Shown here: positions 8,323-16,230 of the stretch, one piece after another
Layout of the letters: each line of letters begins with the position of its first letter
Position numbering within the stretch: the stretch's first letter is position 1
IMG/VR virus record: IMGVR_UViG_3300038365_000087
Span: 1-33,154 of that record
Strand: one strand, 5' to 3'
DNA from: a virus
Lineage: Duplodnaviria; Caudoviricetes
Length of the DNA stretch: 33,154 nucleotides
Notes under the pieces: generated by a model
Told to the model about the DNA's origin: nothing
Databases searched by the model: none
What the model saw: only the letters and a program-made list of their open reading frames with translations
Made by a program: the position numbers and the translations under genes

Positions 8323-9249
8323 CTACTTTACTGTATTATTATACCATTCTTGGTAGGTGGTGTTTTTGATTACCTTATTCTTTCCGGTTTTTTCATCCCG
8401 GGCACGTCTTAAAGTGGGTTCCATACCTTCAATCTCAGCCCTAACGGTGCACCGGCAGTTTATATCCTCAGAAGCTATGCCAAAGCCCCCGGGATACATG
8501 GCAGTATAGCCCCGAATGGTAAAGGGTTGGTCTATATCCACCTTCTGACCGTCCAAAGAGCGGTGACTGTCCCGGGTCCTTCCATCAAGAGTAGATACCC
8601 ACACCCGCTTAAAAATCAGCCCTTTAGCTGCAGCCTGTTCAAAGCTGGCTTGGGTGCCTTGGCTTACTGCTCGGTGGGTTTCAGTCTGGACTATCCGGAG
8701 TGCTTTACTGGCCCCCACGTTTACCCGTTCGGTAACGGCTTTGGCAGTCTTATCATAGGAGTTACCTTGTATGATGCCCCGGGTTATTTCCTCGCGGATT
8801 TGTTTGACCATGACCTGGGCATTATCCTTTACCCGCTCTGGCCATGATATACGGTCAAGAGGGGAGAGGATAGCGGCTTCAACAGCCTTGGGATTAATCA
8901 CGGTGAAGCCCAGAGCTACCTCCGCATCAGTTTCCAGGGCAAAAGCAGTCCGATAATAACTCTCTGAGAATATGTCCCGGATAGCCTTCTTGGTGATCTT
9001 GGCCTCTGTAAATGTGACAGCCTTTACCACGTCAGCTATGGCCTTCTCCAGTTTCACCAGCCGGCCGTATTTCATCATCTCGGCCATAGTAAGTACCCCG
9101 GCTATAGCGTACTTTTCATAGGCAGTGGAAAGCTCTACACGAATGTCCTTTAGGCTCGCTTTATAAGCGTTAATAAGCTCTTTCTCGGCCTGCTGTTCAA
9201 GTTTATCAGTAGCCTGCTCACCCTGTTTGAATTTGTCATCCAGGTTCAT
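8323..9249 (-). CDS. Minor capsid protein (SPP1 gp7/MuF family, short form)
   Basis: RIVQTETHRA...WVSTLDGRTRDSHRSLDGQ...INCRC signature; no C-terminal toxin extension. Confidence 0.92.
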   Translation of the reverse strand: MNLDDKFKQGEQATDKLEQQAEKELINAYKASLKDIRVELSTAYEKYAIAGVLTMAEMMKYGRLVKLEKAIADVVKAVTFTEAKITKKAIRDIFSESYYRTAFALETDAEVALGFTVINPKAVEAAILSPLDRISWPERVKDNAQVMVKQIREEITRGIIQGNSYDKTAKAVTERVNVGASKALRIVQTETHRAVSQGTQASFEQAAAKGLIFKRVWVSTLDGRTRDSHRSLDGQKVDIDQPFTIRGYTAMYPGGFGIASEDINCRCTVRAEIEGMEPTLRRARDEKTGKNKVIKNTTYQEWYNNTVK

Positions 9250-9467
9250 GAAGCATCACCATCCGGGTAATCAAAGTGTTCAGCTACATTTCGGAGCATG
9301 GCAACCTGTTCGCCAGGGCTTTTCAAAACTAGCTGGCGAAACATTTCTAATGGTAGGCAAGGGGCTTTATCACTCTGACATACGGTACCTTTAGGACATT
9401 TCTCACACAGGGAAGTATTCCACTCGATAGAACGGTCAAATTTGAGTATCTTAGCCACCACCGCCAC
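9246..9467 (-). CDS. Small Cys-rich hypothetical protein
   Basis: Overlaps the portal stop and the gp7 start (ATGA coupling); CEKC...C...C. Confidence 0.6.
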   Translation of the reverse strand: MAVVAKILKFDRSIEWNTSLCEKCPKGTVCQSDKAPCLPLEMFRQLVLKSPGEQVAMLRNVAEHFDYPDGDAS

Positions 9468-10824
9468 CTCCAGTATCTATGTTATCCAGGTTCACCAGTC
9501 CTTCATTATCCTTGGCCATCTCCTCCAACTCCCAATCAACGTCATCCACAAAGGACAACTGTGACAGTCGGGTCCGCTCAGATACAAGACCTTTCAGATG
9601 GGCAGTGGTCTGAGCTTCATCCAGCAGGTTCACCGGCAGATTCCTTTTGAAACTGAAGTAAATATTGGTGTACTCTACCGGAATGCCTTTCTTGGCCCAA
9701 GCGGTGGCCAGCACCTTAAACTGCTGCCGGAGGGCAGCGGTCATCTTGCGTTCCAGAGTAATACATTTGTTTTCCAGTGGCATCAACTTGTACCGGATAG
9801 CCACACCGGACAGGTTGCTTGCGAATGATTCATCAGTCATATTGACTGACTTACCGAACCTCATGATATTGCCTTCCAGTCGGTTCAGGTGGTTCTCAAT
9901 GGCGGTATCGTTCATCTGCTTGGTAATAAACTCAATGCCAACCCCTTCGCCCTTCTCATCCAGGCCGAAGGCCCCGGTCTGCCGGGCCTTTGCAAGCGTC
10001 TCCTCGTCAGGGTCATAGCCATAGAAGGCCATGTAAGCCAGCCGGAACTGCTCAATCTCACTGTTGACATCAGACAGGGTGCGGTCATAGGCATCAATGA
10101 GGTTTAGGATCTTCTCAGCATCCCCCTGCATTTCTTCATTGTTCGGAAAGATTATGAGCGGTACCAGGTCGAACAAGTGCGGCTGGGGATTAACCGGCTC
10201 GGAAATGTCCAGCACATACTCTCCCTTGTCATCCTGCAGGTAGTAGGTTACGGTCGTATCGTCGTACCACTCTACCCGAGTCATGGTGGTTTCCTTATCA
10301 CCGGCCTTAATAGTTACATCATAGTACCTGAGGGCGAACTGGGGCTCGTTGATGGACCTATCATAAATCAGTATCACTTCCCAGGGGTTCACATTCATGA
10401 CTCGCTCCAGCCCGTCCCTATCAATGTAAAGCAACCGGGCAGAATAGCCGCAGATGGTGGCCATCTTGACCGTTTCACTGTCCAGGTCATCAATGTTATT
10501 CCGAAGTTTGATGTCCTGCAGCGTAGCGTCCACCTTTTCGGCCCCGGGTTGCTCCTTGTCTACCTGGTAGCTGATAGGATTCCCTATGAAATAGCCTACC
10601 TTTGTGTCGACTATCTCCGAATCAAAAGAGTTGTTCAGTTTCCGGTTAATCTTGCCCTCATCTTCAAATTCCCGGTTAAGAATAGGTAAGTCATCCGTCT
10701 TATACCGATTATACAGGTCCAGCATCTTTTTCCGGGTCGGCGCATGGTCGTCTATCAAGTCTTTTATTATGTCGCTGGTTACCTGGCCATCAAGGGCAAT
10801 TAACTGTTTAAGTATGTCCTGCAT
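9451..10824 (-). CDS. Portal protein (SPP1 gp6-like)
   Basis: IVDTKVGYFIGNPISY, LIDAYD...SD, NLSGVAIRYKL motifs; follows the large terminase. Confidence 0.95.
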   Translation of the reverse strand: MQDILKQLIALDGQVTSDIIKDLIDDHAPTRKKMLDLYNRYKTDDLPILNREFEDEGKINRKLNNSFDSEIVDTKVGYFIGNPISYQVDKEQPGAEKVDATLQDIKLRNNIDDLDSETVKMATICGYSARLLYIDRDGLERVMNVNPWEVILIYDRSINEPQFALRYYDVTIKAGDKETTMTRVEWYDDTTVTYYLQDDKGEYVLDISEPVNPQPHLFDLVPLIIFPNNEEMQGDAEKILNLIDAYDRTLSDVNSEIEQFRLAYMAFYGYDPDEETLAKARQTGAFGLDEKGEGVGIEFITKQMNDTAIENHLNRLEGNIMRFGKSVNMTDESFASNLSGVAIRYKLMPLENKCITLERKMTAALRQQFKVLATAWAKKGIPVEYTNIYFSFKRNLPVNLLDEAQTTAHLKGLVSERTRLSQLSFVDDVDWELEEMAKDNEGLVNLDNIDTGGGGGG

Positions 10825-10837
10825 TTCTTCACTCCCC

Positions 10838-12082
10838 TTAGTAAAGGCTCTTGGCTGCCTTAAGTTTGCGGTCTTTCATGTCATCTTCGCAGCCGTACCT
10901 GGTAGCATCTATGGCGTGGTTGTCCTTGTCCGGGTACTGGCTCTTAATAATCCCGTTGCGGTCGGTTTCCAGTGCATAGTTAATAAACTCTTTGGCAGCC
11001 AGTGGGCAGGCTTCCGGGTCAATAGTGATTGCCTCTAGGTCCTGCAACCACTTAATGCCAAACTCCACGGAACCAGGGCCTTTCTTGGCACCCTTGATTT
11101 TCATTCCCCATGACTTTAACTCGGCAATGCTTTTCGGTTCGGCGCTATCGCCAATGGTCACAACATCGTTATATCTCTGCGCCTTTTCCCAGAGCTGCCG
11201 GTTGAATAGATTCAGGCCGCTAATCTCTTTGAAGAGGTAAAGCCGCCGGCGTTTCCGGTCATAGTGCATACGCTCAAAACAAAGCGGGTCAACAGCATAA
11301 CCGAAGTCCAGGCCCTGGCGAATGCGGTCAAATACTGCAATTTCATCCTGGGTGATTGCCCGCAGCTCAACATTGGTAAATATCTCTAAACCGGTACCGA
11401 CTTCTTCTCCCAGGTATTCATGCCGGTAAGCGGTCTCATTAACCTTTTGCAGGTGTTCAGCGTCGGCAAGGAACCTGTCGCCTAACCATTCCGGCGGTAC
11501 GTCCAGATACGTTGAATGGTGTACCCTTCGGCCATGCTTGGGTATCTTTGCCTCTTGGTTTACCCAACTGCGCCCGCTTTTTGGCGGGTTAAACAAAAAA
11601 AACGAAACCCGCTTTTTATTTTCACCCCGGAACAGGGATTGAATAATATTGCGGATCTCGTCTATATTAGCAAACTGGTCGACTTCTTCAAACCAGGCGT
11701 ATTTGATATATCCCTTACCTAGGTTAATTGATTTCATCTTCCTGGGATTATCGGCAGCCTTGAAAACTATCTTTTGCCCGGTCGGCAGATATATAATCTG
11801 CATCGGTGACACTTGAAATTTAAAAAAGTGGGCTATGCCCATCGTGGCAGCAGTCCACTCAAATTGACCAAAGACGGTATCTCGCAGCTCGTTTTGGTAC
11901 CGGCGAAATACAATGGCATTAGCATCGGGCTCGTTGATAATACCCAACAGTATCTCAATGCTGATGAACGTTGATTTTGTGGAACCGCGGCCGCCTTTTA
12001 TCCAGTATTCATCATAGAGGTCCACCTTGACCTCTTTATGCAACTCATAGAAACTGGGAGCAATAAGCCGACTTAATCTCAT
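10838..12082 (-). CDS. terL: Terminase large subunit (PBSX family)
   Basis: Walker A GGRGSTKS, Walker B WFEE, coupling motif FNPP, nuclease motifs GLDFGY and DNHAIDATRY. Confidence 0.95.
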   Translation of the reverse strand: MRLSRLIAPSFYELHKEVKVDLYDEYWIKGGRGSTKSTFISIEILLGIINEPDANAIVFRRYQNELRDTVFGQFEWTAATMGIAHFFKFQVSPMQIIYLPTGQKIVFKAADNPRKMKSINLGKGYIKYAWFEEVDQFANIDEIRNIIQSLFRGENKKRVSFFLFNPPKSGRSWVNQEAKIPKHGRRVHHSTYLDVPPEWLGDRFLADAEHLQKVNETAYRHEYLGEEVGTGLEIFTNVELRAITQDEIAVFDRIRQGLDFGYAVDPLCFERMHYDRKRRRLYLFKEISGLNLFNRQLWEKAQRYNDVVTIGDSAEPKSIAELKSWGMKIKGAKKGPGSVEFGIKWLQDLEAITIDPEACPLAAKEFINYALETDRNGIIKSQYPDKDNHAIDATRYGCEDDMKDRKLKAAKSLY

Positions 12083-12579
12083 TTGATATCATCGACTATC
12101 TGAATGCCGACCTCTCCGGAAAGGTTAATATTATCTTTCCACATACCCAAATGACGGCCAATCTGCTCTAAAGCTTTTAATTTGTCATAGGTTCTAACCT
12201 CCCGTTCCACAATATCACCATCCTCGGTCGGGATACGCTTAACCTTAACGCTGGCAATAGCGGCCGTATCATCCCGGTTGGCATCTCCCTTTAGGGTTGC
12301 TGCATCCATATCAATTACATCAACCGGATTAAGAAAAGCGATCTTGGCCAGCTCCAACAGAACCCGGTCCTGGTTAATACCGGTTCGTCTTGACCTCTCG
12401 GCCAGGGCTTGATCTATGGCATTTTTAACGTTAAGTTTTGATAAGTTTTGACAACCCTGTTCTTTTGCAGTGCTTGGGCTGTAACCCGCCCTAATTGCGG
12501 CCTGAGTGGCGTTTAAGTCCACCAGGTACTCCTCTATAAATCTTTGCTGCTTTGGCGTTAATTTTGCCACCCTCACCAC
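12079..12579 (-). CDS. terS: Terminase small subunit
   Basis: KLTPKQQRFIEEYLVDLNATQAAIRAGYS signature; DKLKALEQIGRHLGM. Confidence 0.95.
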   Translation of the reverse strand: MVRVAKLTPKQQRFIEEYLVDLNATQAAIRAGYSPSTAKEQGCQNLSKLNVKNAIDQALAERSRRTGINQDRVLLELAKIAFLNPVDVIDMDAATLKGDANRDDTAAIASVKVKRIPTEDGDIVEREVRTYDKLKALEQIGRHLGMWKDNINLSGEVGIQIVDDIK

Positions 12580-12597
12580 CTCACTTTAATTGGCATG

Positions 12598-12624
12598 AAA
12601 AAGCCAGGCGCTACAGCCTGGCTT
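12598..12624 (-). terminator. Intrinsic terminator upstream of terS
   Basis: AAGCCAGGC-TGTAGC-GCCTGGCTT followed by TTT. Confidence 0.7.
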
Positions 12625-12637
12625 ACTTATACTAGAG

Positions 12638-12979
12638 TTATTCACTTTCTTGTTTTCTGCTATCAAGCAGTTCTCTTAGCGATGGTCCTGCATCAACTTC
12701 CAGATTGAGCTTGGGATCAGATTCTTCCCATTCCCATAACCCTTTAATAATGCCCAATAATTCTTCGAAGGAGTCCTTGCTTCTGGTTTCGGGTTTTTTG
12801 ACTAAATCAATAAATCGTTTGGTAGCGTTATTAGTGGGATAGTTTTTTTCTAAATACATGGAACATAAAGCGGTCCACTGCCCATAATCCGACAACTTAA
12901 TATGTTCTAGTTCATAGTCCCCTACTTCGAGGATATTTTTTAAGGCTTCTCCTTTTTCGGCTAATTGATGCGCATTCAT
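12638..12979 (-). CDS. Hypothetical protein (moron-like)
   Basis: Strong SD AAGGAGGTG, AT-rich, with a TATACT -10-like box upstream and a terminator downstream. Confidence 0.75.
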   Translation of the reverse strand: MNAHQLAEKGEALKNILEVGDYELEHIKLSDYGQWTALCSMYLEKNYPTNNATKRFIDLVKKPETRSKDSFEELLGIIKGLWEWEESDPKLNLEVDAGPSLRELLDSRKQESE

Positions 12980-13038
12980 TGTTTTTCCTCACCTCCTTTT
13001 TTACCAACAGTATACAGCAAAAAGGAAGCATTTACCTC

Positions 13039-13113
13039 TTATTTTCTCATTCTCTTATAAATCCTAATCACCGTGTCCTTAAACAACCTATATTCTATAA
13101 CCAGCCTATCCAA
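13039..13113 (-). CDS. Possible 24-aa peptide MDRLVIEYRLFKDTVIRIYKRMRK
   Basis: TTG start after SD GGGGGTGA; below the ORF-track length cutoff. Confidence 0.35.
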   Translation of the reverse strand: MDRLVIEYRLFKDTVIRIYKRMRK

Positions 13114-13126
13114 ACGCTCACCCCCT

Positions 13127-13153
13127 AAAATAAAAATAACCCCGAAGGGTTAC
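13127..13153 (-). terminator. Intrinsic terminator with UUCG tetraloop
   Basis: GTAACCC-TTCG-GGGTTAT followed by TTTTATTTT. Confidence 0.75.
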
Positions 13154-13241
13154 TTACCGTCACGTTGAAGGCGTGACTATGTTATTTACTAAATCTTAGT
13201 AGTATCTATTCTTATATATAATAGATCTATTATTATATAGT

Positions 13242-13307
13242 GTGCCAAATTTGTCACTTTGGGCAAAGTGCCATATTTGCACTAAGCAAAGTGCCAGATT
13301 TGTCACT
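13242..13307. repeat. Three iteron-like quasi-palindromic repeats GTGCCANATTTG(T)CACT
   Basis: Copies at 13242-13258, 13268-13283 and 13291-13307, next to a very AT-rich tract (about 13180-13240). Confidence 0.8.
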
Positions 13308-13313
13308 ATGCCC

Positions 13314-13643
13314 TCAAACTAAAAGACGAAATGCAGAGATGTGTTTCTCTGACTTTTTCCCGGTTACAGGGTCTTGCCAGTGAGTCAACCAGGTTTGAAT
13401 TAGTCCTGATGATATTAACTCTTGTTTGACCCTGATTACCTTTCTCAAGCTCCAGTTACAATCCTGGGATAGATCCTCATTACTCCGGAAGAAAAAGTCC
13501 TCACCCTTACCGGTATACCGATGTTCCAGTTCTTTTAGCACAATAAATAACCACTTACCGGCATCAGATAATTGTATGAACCGCTCATCCGAAAATAGAG
13601 AGCGTGGTATTTGTATGAAATGTCCTTGCTGATACTTGCTCAT
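13314..13643 (-). CDS. Small winged-HTH protein resembling replication initiator N-terminal domains (RepA_N-like)
   Basis: FIQIPRSLFSDERFIQLSDAGKWLFIVL...SNEDLSQDCNWSLRKVIRVKQELISSGLI pattern; SD GGAGG. Confidence 0.75.
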   Translation of the reverse strand: MSKYQQGHFIQIPRSLFSDERFIQLSDAGKWLFIVLKELEHRYTGKGEDFFFRSNEDLSQDCNWSLRKVIRVKQELISSGLIQTWLTHWQDPVTGKKSEKHISAFRLLV

Positions 13644-13652
13644 CTGTTGCCG

Positions 13653-13736
13653 CCTCCGTCCAGGTTTTGATTCAGAACTCGGCAGGGGTGGGACGGCACC
13701 CCCGCCTCAGACGATCTTGGCCGAGATCGTATCTGA
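13653..13736 (-). promoter_or_regulatory. Structured 5' leader: two hairpins plus a predicted pseudoknot to the SD region
   Basis: Stem GGCGGGGGUG/CACCCCUGCC with loop CCGUCC complementary to GGACGG (13656-13661), which overlaps the SD; a second stem ACGAUCU/AGAUCGU lies upstream. Confidence 0.6.
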
Positions 13737-13805
13737 AAAAAATAAAGCACCTGCCGGTGGGCAAGTGCCTATTCCCAAATAAAAAGCCGGCTCTCGTGAA
13801 CCGGC
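13736..13805 (-). terminator. Two tandem terminator-like hairpins in the late leader
   Basis: GCCGGTTC-ACGA-GAGCCGGC-TTTTT (13781-13805) and GGCACTTGCC-CACC-GGCAGGTGCT-TTATTTTTT (13736-13770). Confidence 0.7.
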
Positions 13806-13834
13806 GTGTTGCTGTATTCATTTTTCTATTTTAT

Positions 13835-13932
13835 ATATTATCACAGATTCAAGGAAAAAGTGGCCCGGAAGTGGCCCTCTTTTGGTCACATTTTGGCCCG
13901 TTTCTGGTCACAAAGTGGCCCACTTTTGGCCC
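13835..13932 (-). promoter_or_regulatory. Putative activator-dependent late promoter: extended -10 plus seven 11-bp-phased repeats
   Basis: TGATAATAT at 13835-13843 (minus strand); TGGCCC/TGGTCA hexamers start at 13861, 13872, 13883, 13894, 13905, 13916 and 13927; no canonical -35. Confidence 0.7.
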
Positions 13933-14069
13933 TAATGACAAATCGCATGCAACAGAATTAAATAAGGAAGGTTTTCGGAGTAGCGAGATAGGGAAGAACA
14001 ATAAAAAACAGAGCACTATGTGACCTAAAACGTGACCTTTTACCATTTTTATGCAATACGAAAGGTCAC

Positions 14070-14096
14070 AAAAAAGCCTCCGAAAATCGGAGGCTT
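14070..14096 (-). terminator. Terminator downstream of the tRNA 3' fragment
   Basis: AAGCCTCCGA-TTT-TCGGAGGCTT followed by TTTT; would terminate the reconstituted host tRNA transcript and int readthrough. Confidence 0.8.
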
Positions 14097-14108
14097 CTGC
14101 GATTCTTA

Positions 14109-14155
14109 TGGTGAGCCATGGAGGATTCGAACCTCCGACACCCTGATTAAAAGTC
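14109..14155 (-). other. att core: 47-bp 3' half of tRNA-Lys(UUU), not a complete tRNA
   Basis: GACTTTTAATCAGGGTGTCGGAGGTTCGAATCCTCCATGGCTCACCA contains the TTT anticodon loop, T arm (GTTCGAATC), 3' acceptor strand and CCA; no D arm or 5' acceptor strand upstream. Confidence 0.9.
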
Positions 14156-14289
14156 TGTTAAAAGCCCATTTTTAAGGTTGTTTGCAATCACTTGCAAGTA
14201 TTTCAACTGCCATAAGTACCTACTTATAGGCATATTTTTGTGCCATTGGTCACTTGCTAATGCTTCTTAAAACTTGCAAAAATAAAAAA

Positions 14290-15486
14290 TTAAAGTGGTG
14301 TGTGACCTTCTATGTGACCTTCGATATCTTCTAAAACGCCTTTTAGAATAGCTTCATCTAACCAGGTCACATATTTTCTCATGTCTTCCAGTTGGGTGTG
14401 AATATAAACATCAGCTGTTATATTATCCATTTTACCATGTCCAAGCGCGTCTGAGATATATTTTAAATTTGCGCCGGCACTTTGCATAGCACTGGCATAA
14501 AAATGCCTGCAGGAATGAAACGTGGCCTTCTGCTTGAACCCAATATCTACCATAGCTTTTGTAAAATATTCGCTTAAGTAGTGCGGATCGAAACATCTGC
14601 CATCCTCCCAGGCCAAAACATAGCCTTGGTTATTATACATGGTTTTATAAAACTCTTTATCTTTTTCCTGCTCCTTCTTATGCCAGTCCAGGATAGTTTT
14701 AAGCCCAGGAGTTAGCGGTACCCATCTTTCCTCCTTATTTTTCGTTGGGCCCAGTACCAACTGGCCATCTTCCCGTTTGATAGCATGGCGAATATGTACT
14801 GCCATCCTTTTGTAATCTATATCAGGCCATTGAAGGCCACATACTTCACCTGCTCTGACTCCCATCATCGACGATATTATGATCGGCAGCTTTAATGCTG
14901 GCACCCTCTTACGTTTGCCTTTTTCGGTGTATTCATGGAAGGATGTATTTGTAATAATATAGGCCATCTGTTCTGTACTTAATTCAGCCGGTTTATAATC
15001 GTTCTTTTCCGGTGGCTCGACAGCTGCACATGGATTCATTCCCCAGGGGAGCCACCGGGACTTTACCGCCTGGTTATAGGCTGCGTGGAGTATCCGGTGG
15101 TGGTACAATACAGAGGTACCGGAAAGTCCTTTATCCAGTTTACGGTTATAATACTTCTGTATATCGTCTGGCGTAACCCGGTCAAAGGGTTTCTTTCCCA
15201 GGTCATCCTCTGCAATATGTACTTCTATAGTCTCTTTATAGCTTTCATAAGTCCTTACTGCCAGTTTTCGCTTTTTATAGGTATTCAGCCAGTAGAGCAT
15301 ATACTCAGAGACGGTCATCTTCCCTGGAAGGGATGTACCCATTTTATACATAGCTTTTAGCCTGGCCTCTTCTGCCCTGGCCTCAGGTTTAGTTCCTCTA
15401 AAAGTGAAAACCTTTTGCTGCCGCTGTTCCTTGGTTCCTACGTCTATAACTATCTGCCATGCGTTGCCCCGCTTACGAATACCCAT
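14290..15486 (-). CDS. int: Tyrosine integrase
   Basis: Catalytic residues R (GVRAGE), K (TKN), HxxR (HSCRH), H (LGH), Y (DVYIH); N-terminal arm-binding and SAM-like domains. Confidence 0.95.
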   Translation of the reverse strand: MGIRKRGNAWQIVIDVGTKEQRQQKVFTFRGTKPEARAEEARLKAMYKMGTSLPGKMTVSEYMLYWLNTYKKRKLAVRTYESYKETIEVHIAEDDLGKKPFDRVTPDDIQKYYNRKLDKGLSGTSVLYHHRILHAAYNQAVKSRWLPWGMNPCAAVEPPEKNDYKPAELSTEQMAYIITNTSFHEYTEKGKRKRVPALKLPIIISSMMGVRAGEVCGLQWPDIDYKRMAVHIRHAIKREDGQLVLGPTKNKEERWVPLTPGLKTILDWHKKEQEKDKEFYKTMYNNQGYVLAWEDGRCFDPHYLSEYFTKAMVDIGFKQKATFHSCRHFYASAMQSAGANLKYISDALGHGKMDNITADVYIHTQLEDMRKYVTWLDEAILKGVLEDIEGHIEGHTPL

Positions 15487-15511
15487 TTAATCTGCTCTCC
15501 TTCCCCGTAAT

Positions 15512-15525
15512 AGTACATATGTTCT
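15512..15525. promoter_or_regulatory. Possible Firmicute LexA (SOS) box upstream of int
   Basis: AGAACATATGTACT on the minus strand: GAAC-N4-GTTC with one mismatch. Confidence 0.45.
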
Positions 15526-15591
15526 GCTGAGTGGTTAAAAAATATCCCGACCCGGGGGCCGGGAGTTAATTTTATGTATTATGTTTTTAAA

Positions 15592-16218
15592 TTATGGTTT
15601 ACATACCCCGCATGGTTGATAGCCGGCAGCCGCTGCTTCTTCCTTGGATTTAAACCATATCTGATTTTCTGGGGTAATTTTGTCCGCGTAGCGACAACTT
15701 GGCGTGTGATATTTATCTGAAGAGACACTTCCAACATAAGTACCTTGGCCGGCGCCAGATAATGGGGGAGGCGTTCCCGCTGGTTGTGCTATAGGCGATA
15801 CGGGCTTAGATAACATAGTGATAGCCTGTAACTCCTGATTCCATTCCACTGTCCCTCCGAAAGCTTCCCCTACGAAACGTAATGGCGCCAAGGTGCGACC
15901 GTCAATAATCTTGGCTGGGACATCCAACTGCTTAACCTGTCCATTTATTGTTGGGGTAGTTGCCCCGATTTTTAGCTCCACTGTGGTATCGCCCTTAACT
16001 GCGGTTGCTGCCTGACTGTCCTGATCCCAATTGACCGTAGCCCCCATAGCTTCAAATATGGCTCTTAAAGGTACCAAAGTCCGTCCATCTTCAATTATGG
16101 GTGATACATCAAACGATAATTGCTTACCATCCAAGGTTACTGTGGGCGTTGCCATTGCGGGAGTGACCAAAAATAGACAAAGTAATAGAGCCATTCCACA
16201 TAACAAATATTTATTCAC
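15592..16218 (-). CDS. Secreted protein: copper amine oxidase N-terminal (stalk) domain plus Ada-type Zn-binding domain
   Basis: Signal peptide; GRTLVPLRAIFEAMGATVNWD and GRTLAPLRFVGEAFG repeats; KYHTPSC...AGYQPCGVCKP. Confidence 0.88.
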   Translation of the reverse strand: MNKYLLCGMALLLCLFLVTPAMATPTVTLDGKQLSFDVSPIIEDGRTLVPLRAIFEAMGATVNWDQDSQAATAVKGDTTVELKIGATTPTINGQVKQLDVPAKIIDGRTLAPLRFVGEAFGGTVEWNQELQAITMLSKPVSPIAQPAGTPPPLSGAGQGTYVGSVSSDKYHTPSCRYADKITPENQIWFKSKEEAAAAGYQPCGVCKP

Positions 16219-16230
16219 AATATTACCTCC

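Larger units (their letters stand above)
14018..14322. mobile_element. attP site (core plus arm-type repeats on both sides)
   Basis: GTGACCT direct-repeat pairs with 12-bp period at 14018-14038 and 14301-14322, an inverted copy at 14063-14070, a tRNA-derived core between them, and the integrase 3' end adjacent. Confidence 0.85.

Noticed and set aside
8323-9249. MuF polymorphic toxin with 8052..8321 as immunity protein
   Set aside because: The MuF protein ends soon after the NCRC motif with the usual short tail and has no toxin domain.
404-11722. Plus-strand ORFs across the structural operon
   Set aside because: Antisense shadows of well-supported minus-strand genes.
13242-13932. CRISPR array or mini-array in the repeat clusters
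   Set aside because: Repeats are 6-17 bp with gaps under 10 bp, there are no spacer-sized unique segments, and no cas genes are present.
13667-14046. ORFs 13667..14023 (+) and 13849..14046 (-)
   Set aside because: They run through hairpins, promoter repeats and att arms, with no convincing SD or protein-like features.
14109-14185. Complete tRNA-Lys gene
   Set aside because: Similarity stops within the anticodon stem; no D arm or 5' acceptor strand, so it is an att core.
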